In this document: one piece after another, positions 1 to 12,720 of the stretch
How the letters are laid out: the number at the start of each line of letters is the position of its first letter
Position numbering within the stretch: the first letter of the stretch is position 1
Assembly (NCBI GenBank): GCA_963754925.1
Contig: CAVWHX010000009.1
Coordinates: 1 to 64,000 of the forward strand
Direction: 5' to 3'
From: an uncultured delta proteobacterium
Lineage (GTDB): Bacteria > Myxococcota > B64-G9
Length of the DNA stretch: 64,000 bases
The notes under the pieces: generated by a model
Databases searched by the model: none
Told to the model about the DNA's origin: nothing
The model's input: the letters and a program-made list of their open reading frames with translations, nothing else
Made by a program: the position numbers and the translations under genes

Positions 1-800
1 ACCGGCCGGCATCCGCCGGTTTCTCCGCCAGATCATCCGGCGAAAATTCACAGGCAAATCGTCCCGCAACCGCACCAGTTCGCGATTGCGCCGCACCGCA
101 TCCGCCGAGGCGCGCAACGCCGCCCGCAACTGTTCCGACTTCACTTCGTCCAGCCGCCCATACAAACCGGCAACCGAACCAAATTGATTCAGCAATTCAG
201 CAGCGGTCTTCGGCCCCACGCCGGGCACGCCCGGAATGTTGTCCACGCGTCGCCCATCAGACTCAACCAATCCACAATCTGCGCCGGCTCCACGCCGGCC
301 TTGGCGCGAACCTGTTCGTCCGTCCAAACCATCTCGCTTTTGTCGTTCGGATTCAACAGTCCAACCCGCGCCGACACCAACTGCATAAAATCCTTGTCGG
401 AACTGGCAATGACCACCGTCATGCCCGCGTCCGCCGCCCGCCGCGCCAGACAGGCGATGTAATCATCGGCCTCCACCCCTTCGCGGCAAAAGGAGGCCAC
501 CCCCGCCGCCTCCAGATAACGGACCATTTCATCGAGTTGCGGCTTTAAATCATCCGGCATCTCCGGCCGTTGCGCCTTGTATTCCGGCAATTCTTCCACC
601 CTTTCGGCACTCAGACCGCCATCCCACACCACAATCAAATGCGTCGGCTTGACAACCGCGCGCAACTTCGCCAGCATCTTGACGAAGCCGTAAATGGCAT
701 TCGTCGGCCGGCCGTCGGGCGAATGCAAACTACGAATCGCATGAAAAGCGCGATACGCATACGCATGCCCGTCAATAATCAACAACCGATCCACACACAT
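1..800 (-). CDS. 5'-3' exonuclease (PolA N-terminal/FEN-like domain); one frameshift near 245; runs off the window
   Basis: Motifs LLIIDGHAYAYRAF, PTNAIYGF, YKAQR, EADD and SSDKDF. After a shift near 245 the frame reads VDNIPGVPGVGPKTA (H3TH motif) and stays open to base 1. Confidence 0.85.
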
Positions 801-853
801 GGCAACCGCGAACATCCCCCTGGGTTTTGAGGAGTTCACGATTCTTCATTGTT

Positions 854-3771
<2,918 letters not shown>

Positions 3772-3836
3772 GGTTCGTTTCAGGTTCGTCGAAATCAGCG
3801 CCATTGGTTGGCGGTTTCGTCGCATCAAAGTGTTAT

Positions 3837-4630
3837 TCAACTCTTTAAGGATTGTAATATATTGTTGTTTTTTTCTGGTTCGATTTCGCGGATAATACCA
3901 CCGTCGTGCTCTATGGCAACGATAATGTAATCATCGCCGTCAAATTTCAAAATGTCGTTGACGCGCTGGTCCTGCCAACTTTTTCCTTCGGGATCGTACT
4001 TCAAATCGGCCATGTAGCCATCCACACGGTGGAACGGCTTGTCTTTGGACAACGTCGCCGTCTCGCCGGTGTCTGTCAGCCGCAGCAAATCAACTGTGTG
4101 AGATTGTCCGGCGAACCTCTTCGCCGTAATGGTGAAAGCGTCGTTTTTATCACCAACTGAAGCATAATGCTGCCGCTTGGCCCGCTGCCCGAACTGGGGC
4201 GCCGCCTGGCGTTCAACCCCAATGATATAGCGCGCGCCAAATTCATTCGTTTCCACCGAGTCCAGCGTGAGCACAAAACACAGCGGCGCGATTTGGTGAC
4301 GACCAGCGCACCCTGTCCCGATTTCCTTGCCGGAGTCGATTTTGATGAAAACCCCCGGGGGTTTTCTGCCATTGGACGGGATTGAAAAGTTTGTTCGTCG
4401 TCTAGAAATCCAGGGTGTACGGCGATTGCAACCGGCTCATGACATTCGTCTGCTCCGTCAGGTCGAGCGGCGGAAGCGGGTGACCTGGTTGTGAAGTATT
4501 CCCTGTCCGATTTGCGACTGTCGGTCCGGTCGCGCGGAATCCAAAATAGCATAAACACCAATGCCCCCACCAAACCCAGCAACACGACGCCGAGTAGGAT
4601 TTTTTCGTAATGTTTTCTGACAAAATCCAT
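3837..4630 (-). CDS. Amuc_1099-like pilus-cluster membrane protein (frameshifted)
   Basis: Fragments 4076..4630 (MDFVRKHYEKILLGVVLLGLVGALVFMLFW, N-terminal TM) and 3837..4274. Lies between an Amuc_1100-like gene and the secretin. Confidence 0.55.
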
Positions 4631-4634
4631 GAGC

Positions 4635-5081
4635 TTAAATTTCCGGCAACAATTTCACCGCCTCGACCTCCATCGTAACGCTCAAAAGCCGCTCGTTGAG
4701 AACGGTCTGCAATCCACCCCGGCCGGGCGCGGCCGCTGCCAATGGCGGCGCCGCCACTCCGGCGGCGGAGCCTGCCGGTTGAACGTTGATGCCTTTGATG
4801 ATGAATCCGTGCGGCGACGAGGCAAAACCGGCAAGCACTTCCGCAATTTCCGGAGTGAACGAGCGGAACGTGACCGCATAAGGCGTCATGACCGCCAGAT
4901 TGTTGGTCAGGGATTGATCGTTGAGATAATCCGCCTGCGGGCCGGACGCGTCGTCGTTTGAAACGCGGATGCGCTGCACACCGTCCAGCGAATTGACCCG
5001 CGCGGCAAAGAGGACCTCGGAAATCGTTTTCACCTCGCCGAGCTGCAACGCCAGCGGTTCAAGGCCGCCGGGCGCGAACCG
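4635..5081 (-). CDS. Amuc_1100-family pilus-like protein, C-terminal part (5' end cut at the junction)
   Basis: RFAPGGLEPLALQLGEVKTISEVLFAARVNSLDGVQRIRVS...PYAVTFRSFTPEIAEVL...FIIKGINV; PilO-like C-terminus and Verrucomicrobia gene order. Confidence 0.6.
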   Translation of the reverse strand, partial: RFAPGGLEPLALQLGEVKTISEVLFAARVNSLDGVQRIRVSNDDASGPQADYLNDQSLTNNLAVMTPYAVTFRSFTPEIAEVLAGFASSPHGFIIKGINVQPAGSAAGVAAPPLAAAAPGRGGLQTVLNERLLSVTMEVEAVKLLPEI

Positions 5082-5212
5082 TTCGCTTCAGCACCCGGTT
5101 GCCTCCCCGAGGGCAGCCAGGGTGAAGAGTAAGTTCCGCCTCGCCCCTCCAAGCACTTGCGAGACGGAACGAAACGAGCTAATATGCTCAACTCGATTCG
5201 TCCTGGAGAACT

Positions 5213-5378
5213 ATGACACACAAGAGTGATCATCGCACAGGTCAGAGAATTCCGATGGAGCTTCCGGTGGAGATCCAGTGGAAGAGCCGCGCCGGAAACC
5301 TGAAGCAAGCCAAAGGGAAAACGGGAAACATCAGCGGTGCTGGGTTGTACATCGAAGTTCCGGTCCGCCTACAACGGG
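5213..5378 (+). pseudogene. PilZ-domain protein N-terminal fragment, truncated at the junction
   Basis: RTGQR (RxxxR) and NISGAG (D/NxSxxG) c-di-GMP motifs, with RBS ggag upstream. Homology ends abruptly at ~5378. Confidence 0.7.
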
Positions 5379-6049
5379 ATCAGGCAGTAATACCCGCCTA
5401 CGACGATGAACACCGCCGTCGTGATCCGGCGCATCCAACGCTCAATGACGGTAAGCGCGTTGAATGCCTTCGAAATCCTATTGGCGGCAAACGCTAGAAT
5501 CACGGAACACACAACAACAGGCAGCGCGGTGCCAATACCATATATCGAAGGCAGCAGGACCGGCGATTCATGCTTGACCGCTAAAGGAATGAGGCTCCCG
5601 AAGAATAGGGCTGCTGAGACGGGACAAAACGTGAGCGCAAATACGAATCCCAGGAGGCCGGCACCCCAAAGACCCAGGTCGCTTACTCTCGTCTGGATTC
5701 GCTCAAAAAAGGCAGACCCGGTCCAGGGCCAAGGAACCACGTCCATTAGCAATAGACCCACCACCAACAACAGCGGCCCCAGAATCTGATTTAGGTTCTG
5801 CTGCAAGAACATCGAAACGGCCGGAATGGAGAGTAGACTCTTGACCACGATGAGTGCCACCAGGATATAACTTATCGTCCGCCCCAGCGTGTAGATCAGT
5901 CCGGCGAGCAGCACACGGACGGGCTTGTCTACCCGTTTGCCGACATACGAGATAGCCGCGACATTTGTGGCGAGCGGACAGGGACTGATGGACGTTAGCA
6001 GCCCAAGCCATAGAGCACTGCCCGTAACTAGCAGCAATGTTTCCATCAA
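5369..6049 (-). CDS. arsG: ArsG-family (DsbD/CcdA-like) aminoaromatic arsenical efflux permease
   Basis: LGLLTSISPCPLATNVAAISY and FALTFCPVSAALFFGSLIPL; about 6 TM helices; in an ars island. The last residues may be clipped by the junction. Confidence 0.75.
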   Translation of the reverse strand: MMETLLLVTGSALWLGLLTSISPCPLATNVAAISYVGKRVDKPVRVLLAGLIYTLGRTISYILVALIVVKSLLSIPAVSMFLQQNLNQILGPLLLVVGLLLMDVVPWPWTGSAFFERIQTRVSDLGLWGAGLLGFVFALTFCPVSAALFFGSLIPLAVKHESPVLLPSIYGIGTALPVVVCSVILAFAANRISKAFNALTVIERWMRRITTAVFIVVGGYYCLIPL

Positions 6050-6549
6050 GTTCTCCTGAGCTTATTCAAGAATGCTCGAATTGACTTCTCGGCGTACTCG
6101 GTCAATGCCGGCTCGTCATGCGCGAGCTCCCAGACCTTGTCGCAATTTTGCCATGTGAGCGTCGTTTGCCCTTTCTTGGCCACGACGACCATCGAGCTGA
6201 AGCCGAGGTTATAGTCTTTGGTGAAGTGGCTATTCTCTGGCAAGTCGAGGTTGACGTCCTGGAAGGTCAAGGCACCCGATTCAGTCTCCGCCCCAAAGCG
6301 TTCCCTGATGGTCTTCTCAATGGTCGCCTGGATACCCAGACAGGTTCGGCAACGGCGGGTGAAATGAAAATAGTAGACAACCAGTTTGTCTGGCGCCGCA
6401 TCAGCCTGCGCAGTAGTTGCTTGAATGTTGGATTGGTTGGACACCGGTGGGTTTGCGGCATTTGCCTTTTCAGAGGCTTTCTCGCAACCGATGAGCGCAT
6501 TCGAAGCCGCCGTTAGAAAAAAAATTGTGACAAGCAACACGCTCTTCAT
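6046..6549 (-). CDS. arsF: ArsF-family thioredoxin-like exported protein
   Basis: Signal/lipoprotein-like N-terminus and VYYFHFTRRCRTC (CxxC); RBS GAGGAGG upstream of ATG 6549; stop overlaps the arsG start. Confidence 0.7.
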   Translation of the reverse strand: MKSVLLVTIFFLTAASNALIGCEKASEKANAANPPVSNQSNIQATTAQADAAPDKLVVYYFHFTRRCRTCLGIQATIEKTIRERFGAETESGALTFQDVNLDLPENSHFTKDYNLGFSSMVVVAKKGQTTLTWQNCDKVWELAHDEPALTEYAEKSIRAFLNKLRRT

Positions 6550-6571
6550 TAAGCAAGTCCTCCTCTTTTTC

Positions 6572-6879
6572 TTAATGAGGGTTATTCTCCCGTCAGCAAT
6601 GAGCTGTTGCTTTACTTTCTCCCAGATACCCTCTCGTTTATAAAGGTCGCGCAGTTCCCGAAGCGCAGGGAAGCGAATTGCGTTTCCCTCGCATAGGCTT
6701 CGGCAGGTCGTGCACCCAACGATGCATTGATTAGGCTGCGTAACCGTCGGTCCATCGTCCATCCAGGTAAAGACATTCCTTCCACAGTTCATGCACATGC
6801 CACACTTAACGCACTTGTCCTTTTCAATGGTGGGATTCCATGCGATCTTGTCTCTGGGATAACCGGTCAACCAAGCCAT
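6572..6879 (-). CDS. 4Fe-4S dicluster ferredoxin (ArsE-like); reads in frame into ArsF in this sequence
   Basis: CVKCGMCMNC and CIVGCTTCRSLC motifs. An off-frame TAA at 6572-6574 would be the stop if one base is missing. Confidence 0.7.
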
Positions 6880-6895
6880 TGTATTTCTCCTTTTC

Positions 6896-7145
6896 TTATT
6901 TCTTCTTTGCAGCGGCGGTCATGATCCAGGAAACAATCTCGGTGCAGGGGCGACCCGTCCGGAGCACTTCACCTCGCCGTCGATGATGAGCGCGGGTGTC
7001 ATCATCACACCGAGTTTAAAATACCGTCGATCCGTTCGATTTTCTCCAGCGTGATCGGCAGTCCGGCATGGGCGATGGCCTTCTCGGCCTCGGCGTAAAG
7101 CTTCTTGCACTTGGAGCAGCCAGTTCCCAATACTTTCACGTCCAT
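6896..7145 (-). CDS. Small thioredoxin/glutaredoxin-like protein (MTH895/TM0996 family), frameshifted
   Basis: MDVKVLGTGCSKCKKL, then GVMMTPALIIDGEVKCSGRV, then IMTAAAKKK* across frameshifts; RBS gagg upstream. Confidence 0.8.
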
Positions 7146-7155
7146 CTTCGACTCC

Positions 7156-7220
7156 TCAAAGCACGATGTTGAAAACGTAGCCGACTACCAACATCCCGAG
7201 GGCGACGACGCCCGCGAGCG
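7156..7220 (-). pseudogene. C-terminal remnant of a DUF318/ArsP-type permease
   Basis: AGVVALGMLVVGYVFNIVL* resembles the usual C-terminus of this family and sits directly before the thioredoxin gene; the rest of the gene is absent. Confidence 0.55.
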
Positions 7221-7408
7221 CCTGGACGAGTCGTGCTCCACGAACGGCCGGTGCCGTCGCGGCCGCTCCGCGAGATGCTCTGGTTCGCGATCATCTTTGC
7301 CCCACCTCGGCTACCAGGCACCAGATTTCGGAACACTCAAACAAGCTCTAGCCCTTGTGTCGGCCCCCGGTCACAAGCAGCAACGACCGAGGAACTGCCT
7401 GTGCCTTC

Positions 7409-7864
7409 CTACTGGGTCTTGGCTGCGGCGGAGGGCAGAGTCGAAAGCCATGCCTCGAGCCGGACACGGATAGCTTCCCGAATCTCAATAACGCGCTCGA
7501 TTTGCTCGGCATGGCTCCCCGTGAAGGTGCTGGGGTCGGGGAAATTCCAGCCGATTCGCCGTGTTATTCCAGGGAACACGGGGCATTTTTGCCCATGCTC
7601 GTCGTCGCAAACGCTTATAACGTAGTCAAAGCGGCGACCCGCCTTGTACAAATCGAAGACCGAAGGCTGCATACCGGTCTGGACGATGGGAACCCCGCCG
7701 AGTTGCATTGCCTCGACGACCAGGGGGTTCACCGCGCGGGGCTCAAACCCCGCGCTCGTGACCTCAAAGCGAGGTCCTCCCCGTTGACGCAGCAGAGCTT
7801 CCGCCATTCGACTGCGTGCCGCGTTGTGTACGCACACGAACAATACCTTGATCGCATCATTCAT
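7409..7864 (-). CDS. arsC: Arsenate reductase, LMW-PTP (thioredoxin-dependent) type
   Basis: VLFVCVHNAARSRMAE P-loop, SVCDDEHGQKCP and WNFPDP. Confidence 0.88.
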   Translation of the reverse strand: MNDAIKVLFVCVHNAARSRMAEALLRQRGGPRFEVTSAGFEPRAVNPLVVEAMQLGGVPIVQTGMQPSVFDLYKAGRRFDYVISVCDDEHGQKCPVFPGITRRIGWNFPDPSTFTGSHAEQIERVIEIREAIRVRLEAWLSTLPSAAAKTQ

Positions 7865-8042
7865 GACCGAGCCTCCAATCTCTCTTTCTCCGGTTATCAG
7901 TCGACTGCCATCGGCCATCTACTTCGTCCTTTGTTGGTCCTTCAGGGTCTTCAGCATCCCGATCGACCCATCTTTCTAGGCTTGAAATGAGGAGGCCGCT
8001 GCCTGCGAAGTAGTTCCCCATGGGCTTCTCCTTTGTCGCGAT

Positions 8043-9815
8043 TCAGGAACGCTCCGACCGACCGCCACCCAGTGTTGCGAGAAGAGCTGCGCTTCCGACA
8101 GGGGCCGTGAGCAGCCAGGGCACAAGGGCGACGCGCTTCGCGAGGCGGTTCACGACCTCGTCGATGTAGACACGCTCGTTCGCCTGGCGGCTCATGAGCA
8201 CGGCATCCGTGGTCTCGACCGGAGTGAGAGCCTGGTTGATGACCCAGGCAAACGGCAAGATCTCCGCACGGGAGAGATCCCGCTGAAGCCGCTCGGCCTC
8301 GTGCACCGGTGTCGCCTCCGGAAGGGTGACCAGTAGAATCTGGGTGAACACCGGGTCGCGCAGACGCGGCAACAGTTCGCGAACCGTCTCCGGCATGTTG
8401 CTCGATTGTCGCAAGACCTCCCGGTGGTACGCCTCAGCGGCGTCAAGCAACAGAATAGTGTGGCCGGTCGGTGCTGTGTCGAGCACAACAAACCCGTTTG
8501 CACCCTCGGCCACTGTGCGCGCGAACGTGCGGAACACGGCGACCTCTTCGGTGCATGGAGAGCGCAGGTCCTCCGCGAGGAGCGCACGCCCCTGCTCGTC
8601 GAGCTTCGCGCCCTCGGCGCTCATGACCTCACTCTGGTAGGCCTGTGTTTCGATCTCGGCGTCAATGCGACCTACCCGCAACCCGGCCGGTGGATGGTCG
8701 ATGACCCACGAGACGTGCGCGGCCGGATCGGTCGTACTGAGCTGCACGGGATGCCCACGCCGCGCGAGCTCGATGGCGATGGCTGCGGCTACGGTGGTCT
8801 TACCCACGCCGCCCTTCCCCATCGTCATGATCACGCCCTTGCCGGGACGCTCGATCTCATCGACGAGCTGAATAAGGGGCGGCAAGAGTTTTCGCCGCGC
8901 CGGTGCATTCGAGATCGGCCCCGGGGATGGCGCGTGGTCGTCGAACATCGTCCGCAGGGCGCTTGGACCGAGCAGCGGCCGTGGATTGAGGCGGATCTCC
9001 TGTCGCGGGAGATCGGCCAGTCCGGCCGGCATCGCAGCGAGCGCCTCTTGACCACGACGCTCGAAGGCGACCGCAGTGGGATCGTCGCCGAGCCCGACTC
9101 GGAAGATGCCATTCAGAATGAGACGCTGATTGGTGACCCCCAACTCGCGGAGCTCGCGGCTCGAACGCTCTGCCTCGCGCAGCGCCGATGTCTCGGCGCG
9201 GCTCACCAGCAGCAGCGTCGTCTGATCGCTGTCGGCGAGCGTCTTGACCGACGACTGGTAGAGGCTTTGCTGGTCCTTCAATCCCGCGAGGGGGCCGAGG
9301 CAGGAAGTGCCGGTCGTGTTCGTCTCGATGAACGAGGACCACGCGTGCGGGAGCGAAAGCAGCCGCAAGGTGTGGCCCGTGGGCGCCGTATCGAAAATGA
9401 CATGGTCAAAGGCAGCCGTCCGACCGGGGTCGCCGAGCAACCGGGCGAACTCGTCAAACGCGGCGATCTCCATCGTGCATGAACCGGAGAGCTGCTCTTC
9501 CATACTGCGTAGTGTCGCCTCGGGGAGAACGCCGCGATAGGGCCCCACCATCTTCTCACGATACTCGCTGGCCGCCACCTCCGGGTCCAAGTTCATAGCC
9601 TCCAGCCTCAGAACCCCAGGCACCGCCGTCGGCGACGAACCAAGCCGTACGCCGAAAACTTCATCCAGGTTCGAGGCGGGATCTGTGCTGACAAGCAGAA
9701 CACGGCGTCCCTGGTCAGCGAGAGCGATCGCGGTCGCACACGAGATCGAGGTCTTGCCGACACCACCCTTGCCGGTGAAGAAAAGATACCTGGTTGCATT
9801 CTCCATCACGTTCAT
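8043..9815 (-). CDS. arsA: Arsenical pump-driving ATPase
   Basis: Two GKGGVGKT P-loops, two DTAPTGHT motifs, metalloid-site Cys (SGSCT, TSCLG, SPCT). Confidence 0.96.
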   Translation of the reverse strand: MNVMENATRYLFFTGKGGVGKTSISCATAIALADQGRRVLLVSTDPASNLDEVFGVRLGSSPTAVPGVLRLEAMNLDPEVAASEYREKMVGPYRGVLPEATLRSMEEQLSGSCTMEIAAFDEFARLLGDPGRTAAFDHVIFDTAPTGHTLRLLSLPHAWSSFIETNTTGTSCLGPLAGLKDQQSLYQSSVKTLADSDQTTLLLVSRAETSALREAERSSRELRELGVTNQRLILNGIFRVGLGDDPTAVAFERRGQEALAAMPAGLADLPRQEIRLNPRPLLGPSALRTMFDDHAPSPGPISNAPARRKLLPPLIQLVDEIERPGKGVIMTMGKGGVGKTTVAAAIAIELARRGHPVQLSTTDPAAHVSWVIDHPPAGLRVGRIDAEIETQAYQSEVMSAEGAKLDEQGRALLAEDLRSPCTEEVAVFRTFARTVAEGANGFVVLDTAPTGHTILLLDAAEAYHREVLRQSSNMPETVRELLPRLRDPVFTQILLVTLPEATPVHEAERLQRDLSRAEILPFAWVINQALTPVETTDAVLMSRQANERVYIDEVVNRLAKRVALVPWLLTAPVGSAALLATLGGGRSERS

Positions 9816-9979
9816 AGCTCCACACCTTTCTTTTTCCGGCACTCACGCGCTTGCATATGAACCCCCGCGCGACGGTGCGAGGAGCACCGGTCACCGGCTG
9901 CTGCCAGGGAAAGCACAACTACGAGCAGCCACAACCGACAAGGCCGCTCGTTCTTTGCACTTATGCCGGGCATCCAGCC

Positions 9980-10588
9980 TCAGCAGCAGGAGCGCCTGCC
10001 GGGCTTCTTCTCAGCCGGGGGAGCATCGTCAGCCGATGAAGCGCAGCACGGGGAGGTCTTGGCCGCCGGTCCGCCCAAGTACTTTTCGGCGAGCTCCGAG
10101 ATCGACCGGGCGGGGCTTTCCTTGACCGCCTGGGCCATCTCCACTGCAAGGCGTATGTCGTCTTTGGAAACGCCGAGCTTGTGAGCCTCGTTGTAGTGGT
10201 GCTTGAAACACGGCTCGCAGTTCGAGGCTATCGCGGCACCGATGGCCACGAGCTCCCTAACCGATTCGGTGAAGATGCTCGGGCGCGATTCGAGCCCTGC
10301 GTAACCGGCCAGCACCTGGCGCGTCGGGTAGTGTCCCTTGCACACCACCGTGCCGTCAATCAAGGTCAACGGAAGACAGTCGTTGCCATCGCTGCCGAGT
10401 GTCTCCATGACGATCGGCGTGTTGGTGAAAGCGGCGGGCTGCTGGGAGAGGTTATTGCGCTCAACGTCGACGCCCTGGCGCTTGAGCCAGTCCAGGTCAG
10501 CGGCGAAGCGCACTAGCTCGGGATCGACCGAGGGTCCGCAGACCCCAGTGGAACAGCACATCGGCGGATCGAAAACTTGGATTTTCAT
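9980..10588 (-). CDS. arsD: ArsD metallochaperone fused to a C-terminal CMD/AhpD-like domain
   Basis: FDPPMCCSTGVCGP (ArsD signature), then RELVAIGAAIASNCEPCFKHH...LGVSKDDI (CMD/AhpD CxxC) and terminal CC pairs. Confidence 0.88.
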   Translation of the reverse strand: MKIQVFDPPMCCSTGVCGPSVDPELVRFAADLDWLKRQGVDVERNNLSQQPAAFTNTPIVMETLGSDGNDCLPLTLIDGTVVCKGHYPTRQVLAGYAGLESRPSIFTESVRELVAIGAAIASNCEPCFKHHYNEAHKLGVSKDDIRLAVEMAQAVKESPARSISELAEKYLGGPAAKTSPCCASSADDAPPAEKKPGRRSCC

Positions 10589-11088
10589 TTACGATCTCCT
10601 TCGTTTTTGCCTGTGAGAAGTGTCTTGATACGATGGTGCAGCTCATCACGAACCTGCCTGAACGCCGCCAGCCGTTCTTCCTCGGAGCCTTTGACCGCGG
10701 AGGGATCGGGCAGGTCCCAGTGCACGCGCGTCGCCTTACCGAGGAAGAGCGGACACTCCTGCTCGCCGCAGAGGGTGATGACCGTGTCGACCTCGGCCGC
10801 CGGAATCTCCGCGATTGCCTTCGAGCGGTGCCGGGAGATGTCGATGCCAATCTCTTGGAGCACCGTTATCGCCTCGGGTCGGACGCTGGTCGGGCGAGAC
10901 CCGGCCGACCACACCGTGGTCCCCGGCGGGGCGAGCGACCGGGCTATCCCTTCGGCCATCTGACTGCGCGCCGCGTTGGAGACGCAGAGAAACAATACTC
11001 CTCGAGCCGACTCATTCCGCTGTTGTTCGTCGATGAAAAGGGGACCCACGGCAAAACCCTCTTTAGCCTTTCCGGAACCGTTGTTCAT
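10585..11088 (-). CDS. arsC: Arsenate reductase, LMW-PTP type, with N-terminal extension
   Basis: VLFLCVSNAARSQMAEG, ITLCGEQECP and HWDLPDP. Confidence 0.9.
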   Translation of the reverse strand: MNNGSGKAKEGFAVGPLFIDEQQRNESARGVLFLCVSNAARSQMAEGIARSLAPPGTTVWSAGSRPTSVRPEAITVLQEIGIDISRHRSKAIAEIPAAEVDTVITLCGEQECPLFLGKATRVHWDLPDPSAVKGSEEERLAAFRQVRDELHHRIKTLLTGKNEGDRK

Positions 11089-11090
11089 GG

Positions 11091-12167
11091 TTATGCCCTT
11101 TCGAATCGATAATATCTGCGCCCGAGCCAGAGTGCGACATTAACCAGGCCGATCATCACGGGCACCTCGACCAGCGGACCGATGACCGCCGCGAATGCCG
11201 CGCCGTGATTGATGCCAAAGGTGGCGATGGCGACGGCGATGGCCAGCTCGAAGTTGTTCGAGGCGGCGGTGAAGGAAAGCGTCGCAGCTTGTCCGTAGGT
11301 CGCGCCGATCTTCTTCGACATGAAGAAGGAGAGGAAGAACATCACCACGAAGTAGATGAGCAGTGGGATCGCAATTCGCACGACGTCCAGGGGAAGCTGC
11401 ACAATGAATTCACCCTTGAGCGAGAACATCACCACAATAGTAACGAGCAAGGCGGCGAGAGTAATCGGACTTATCTTCGGAATGAACTTTTCATGGTACC
11501 ACTTCTTGTCCTTCACCTTAATCAGTGTAAAGCGCGTGATCACGCCGGCGATGAACGGTATGCCCAAATAAATGAACACACTCTTGGCAATCTCGCCGAT
11601 GGTGATGTTGACGGCCGCACCCTCGAGGCCGATCCACGTCGGCACGACCGTAATGAAAACGTAGGCGTAGATCGAGAAGAAGAGCACCTGGAAGATCGAG
11701 TTGAAGGCGACCAGGCCGGCGCAGTACTCGGTGTCTCCCTTGGCCAAGTCGTTCCAGACGATGACCATGGCGATACAGCGAGCGAGACCTATCATGATCA
11801 GGCCGACCATGTACTCGGGCTTGTCGTGCAGGAAGAGGACCGCCAGGCCGAACATCAGGATCGGGCCGATGATCCAGTTTTGGACGAGCGACAACCCTAA
11901 CACTTTGAAGTTGCGGAAGACCGGACCCATCTCCTCGTAGCGCACTTTGGCCAGCGGCGGGTACATCATCAAAATGAGGCCGATGGCGATCGGGATGTTC
12001 GTCGTCCCGACATTGAACTGGTTGATGAAAGGAACGACACCCGGGACCAGATAGCCGCCCCCGACACCCACGGCCATAGCGAGGAAGATCCAAACCGTCA
12101 GGAAGCGGTCGAGGAAAGACAGGCGCTTCGCGATACCTTCATGTTGAATCGCAGCGGTTTCACTCAT
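11091..12167 (-). CDS. acr3: Acr3-family arsenite efflux permease
   Basis: [54 protein letters not shown]. The ATG overlaps the arsR stop (ATGA). Confidence 0.96.
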   Translation of the reverse strand: MSETAAIQHEGIAKRLSFLDRFLTVWIFLAMAVGVGGGYLVPGVVPFINQFNVGTTNIPIAIGLILMMYPPLAKVRYEEMGPVFRNFKVLGLSLVQNWIIGPILMFGLAVLFLHDKPEYMVGLIMIGLARCIAMVIVWNDLAKGDTEYCAGLVAFNSIFQVLFFSIYAYVFITVVPTWIGLEGAAVNITIGEIAKSVFIYLGIPFIAGVITRFTLIKVKDKKWYHEKFIPKISPITLAALLVTIVVMFSLKGEFIVQLPLDVVRIAIPLLIYFVVMFFLSFFMSKKIGATYGQAATLSFTAASNNFELAIAVAIATFGINHGAAFAAVIGPLVEVPVMIGLVNVALWLGRRYYRFERA

Positions 12168-12598
12168 GCTCGGGTACCTCCTGCCAGCCGATTCCTTGTG
12201 GGGTGCCCCGTGGTTTTCTTTTTCGAGACCGCGCACGCGCTGTCGTCCGCGCAGACCGCGCCACGGTTCTTCGCCGCGAGCCACGCATGGAGCTTCGCCA
12301 GGAGTTGGCCCGCGTCCGGACGTCTCGCCAGGCTCGTCCGCAGAGCCGCAAGCTGTTCTATCGCCAGCTCATCATCGACGGGACAGAGAGCGTAGTACGA
12401 CCACAGCCCTTCCTTCCGGTCGCTCACGAGGTCCGCATGCCGTAAGGTGCTTAGGTGCCGGGATGCTTTGGATTGGGTGATTTCCAACGCAGCCATGATA
12501 TCGCAGACGCAAAGCTCCTGATGGTTGAAGAGCAGCCATAGCATCTTGAGCCGCGCCTCGTCGGCAAGGACTTTGAAAAATTGAGCAGCATCTTTCAC
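12164..12598 (-). CDS. arsR: ArsR/SmtB transcriptional repressor
   Basis: [20 protein letters not shown] (alpha3 As site), [11 protein letters not shown] start after RBS ggagg. Confidence 0.93.
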   Translation of the reverse strand: MKDAAQFFKVLADEARLKMLWLLFNHQELCVCDIMAALEITQSKASRHLSTLRHADLVSDRKEGLWSYYALCPVDDELAIEQLAALRTSLARRPDAGQLLAKLHAWLAAKNRGAVCADDSACAVSKKKTTGHPTRNRLAGGTRA

Positions 12599-12614
12599 GG
12601 TTGCCTCCTGAGTA

Positions 12615-12651
12615 ACTATATACGTATAACCGGATATACATATATTGTCAA
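12615..12651 (-). promoter_or_regulatory. arsR promoter with palindromic operator
   Basis: Minus strand TTGACA-17 nt-TATACG overlapping the near-perfect inverted repeat GTATATCCGGTTATAC; the same core recurs at 14198-14233. Confidence 0.75.
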
Positions 12652-12720
12652 GTAAAACAAGGGACAAAGGCCAAAACGCCACCCGAATCGTTTGCAACAA
12701 CAAATAACACCCACGACCTA

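Noticed and set aside
5087..5128. Imperfect hairpin at the first junction as an att site or IS end
   Set aside because: No partner end, target duplication or recombinase; more likely ordinary intergenic structure of the middle fragment.
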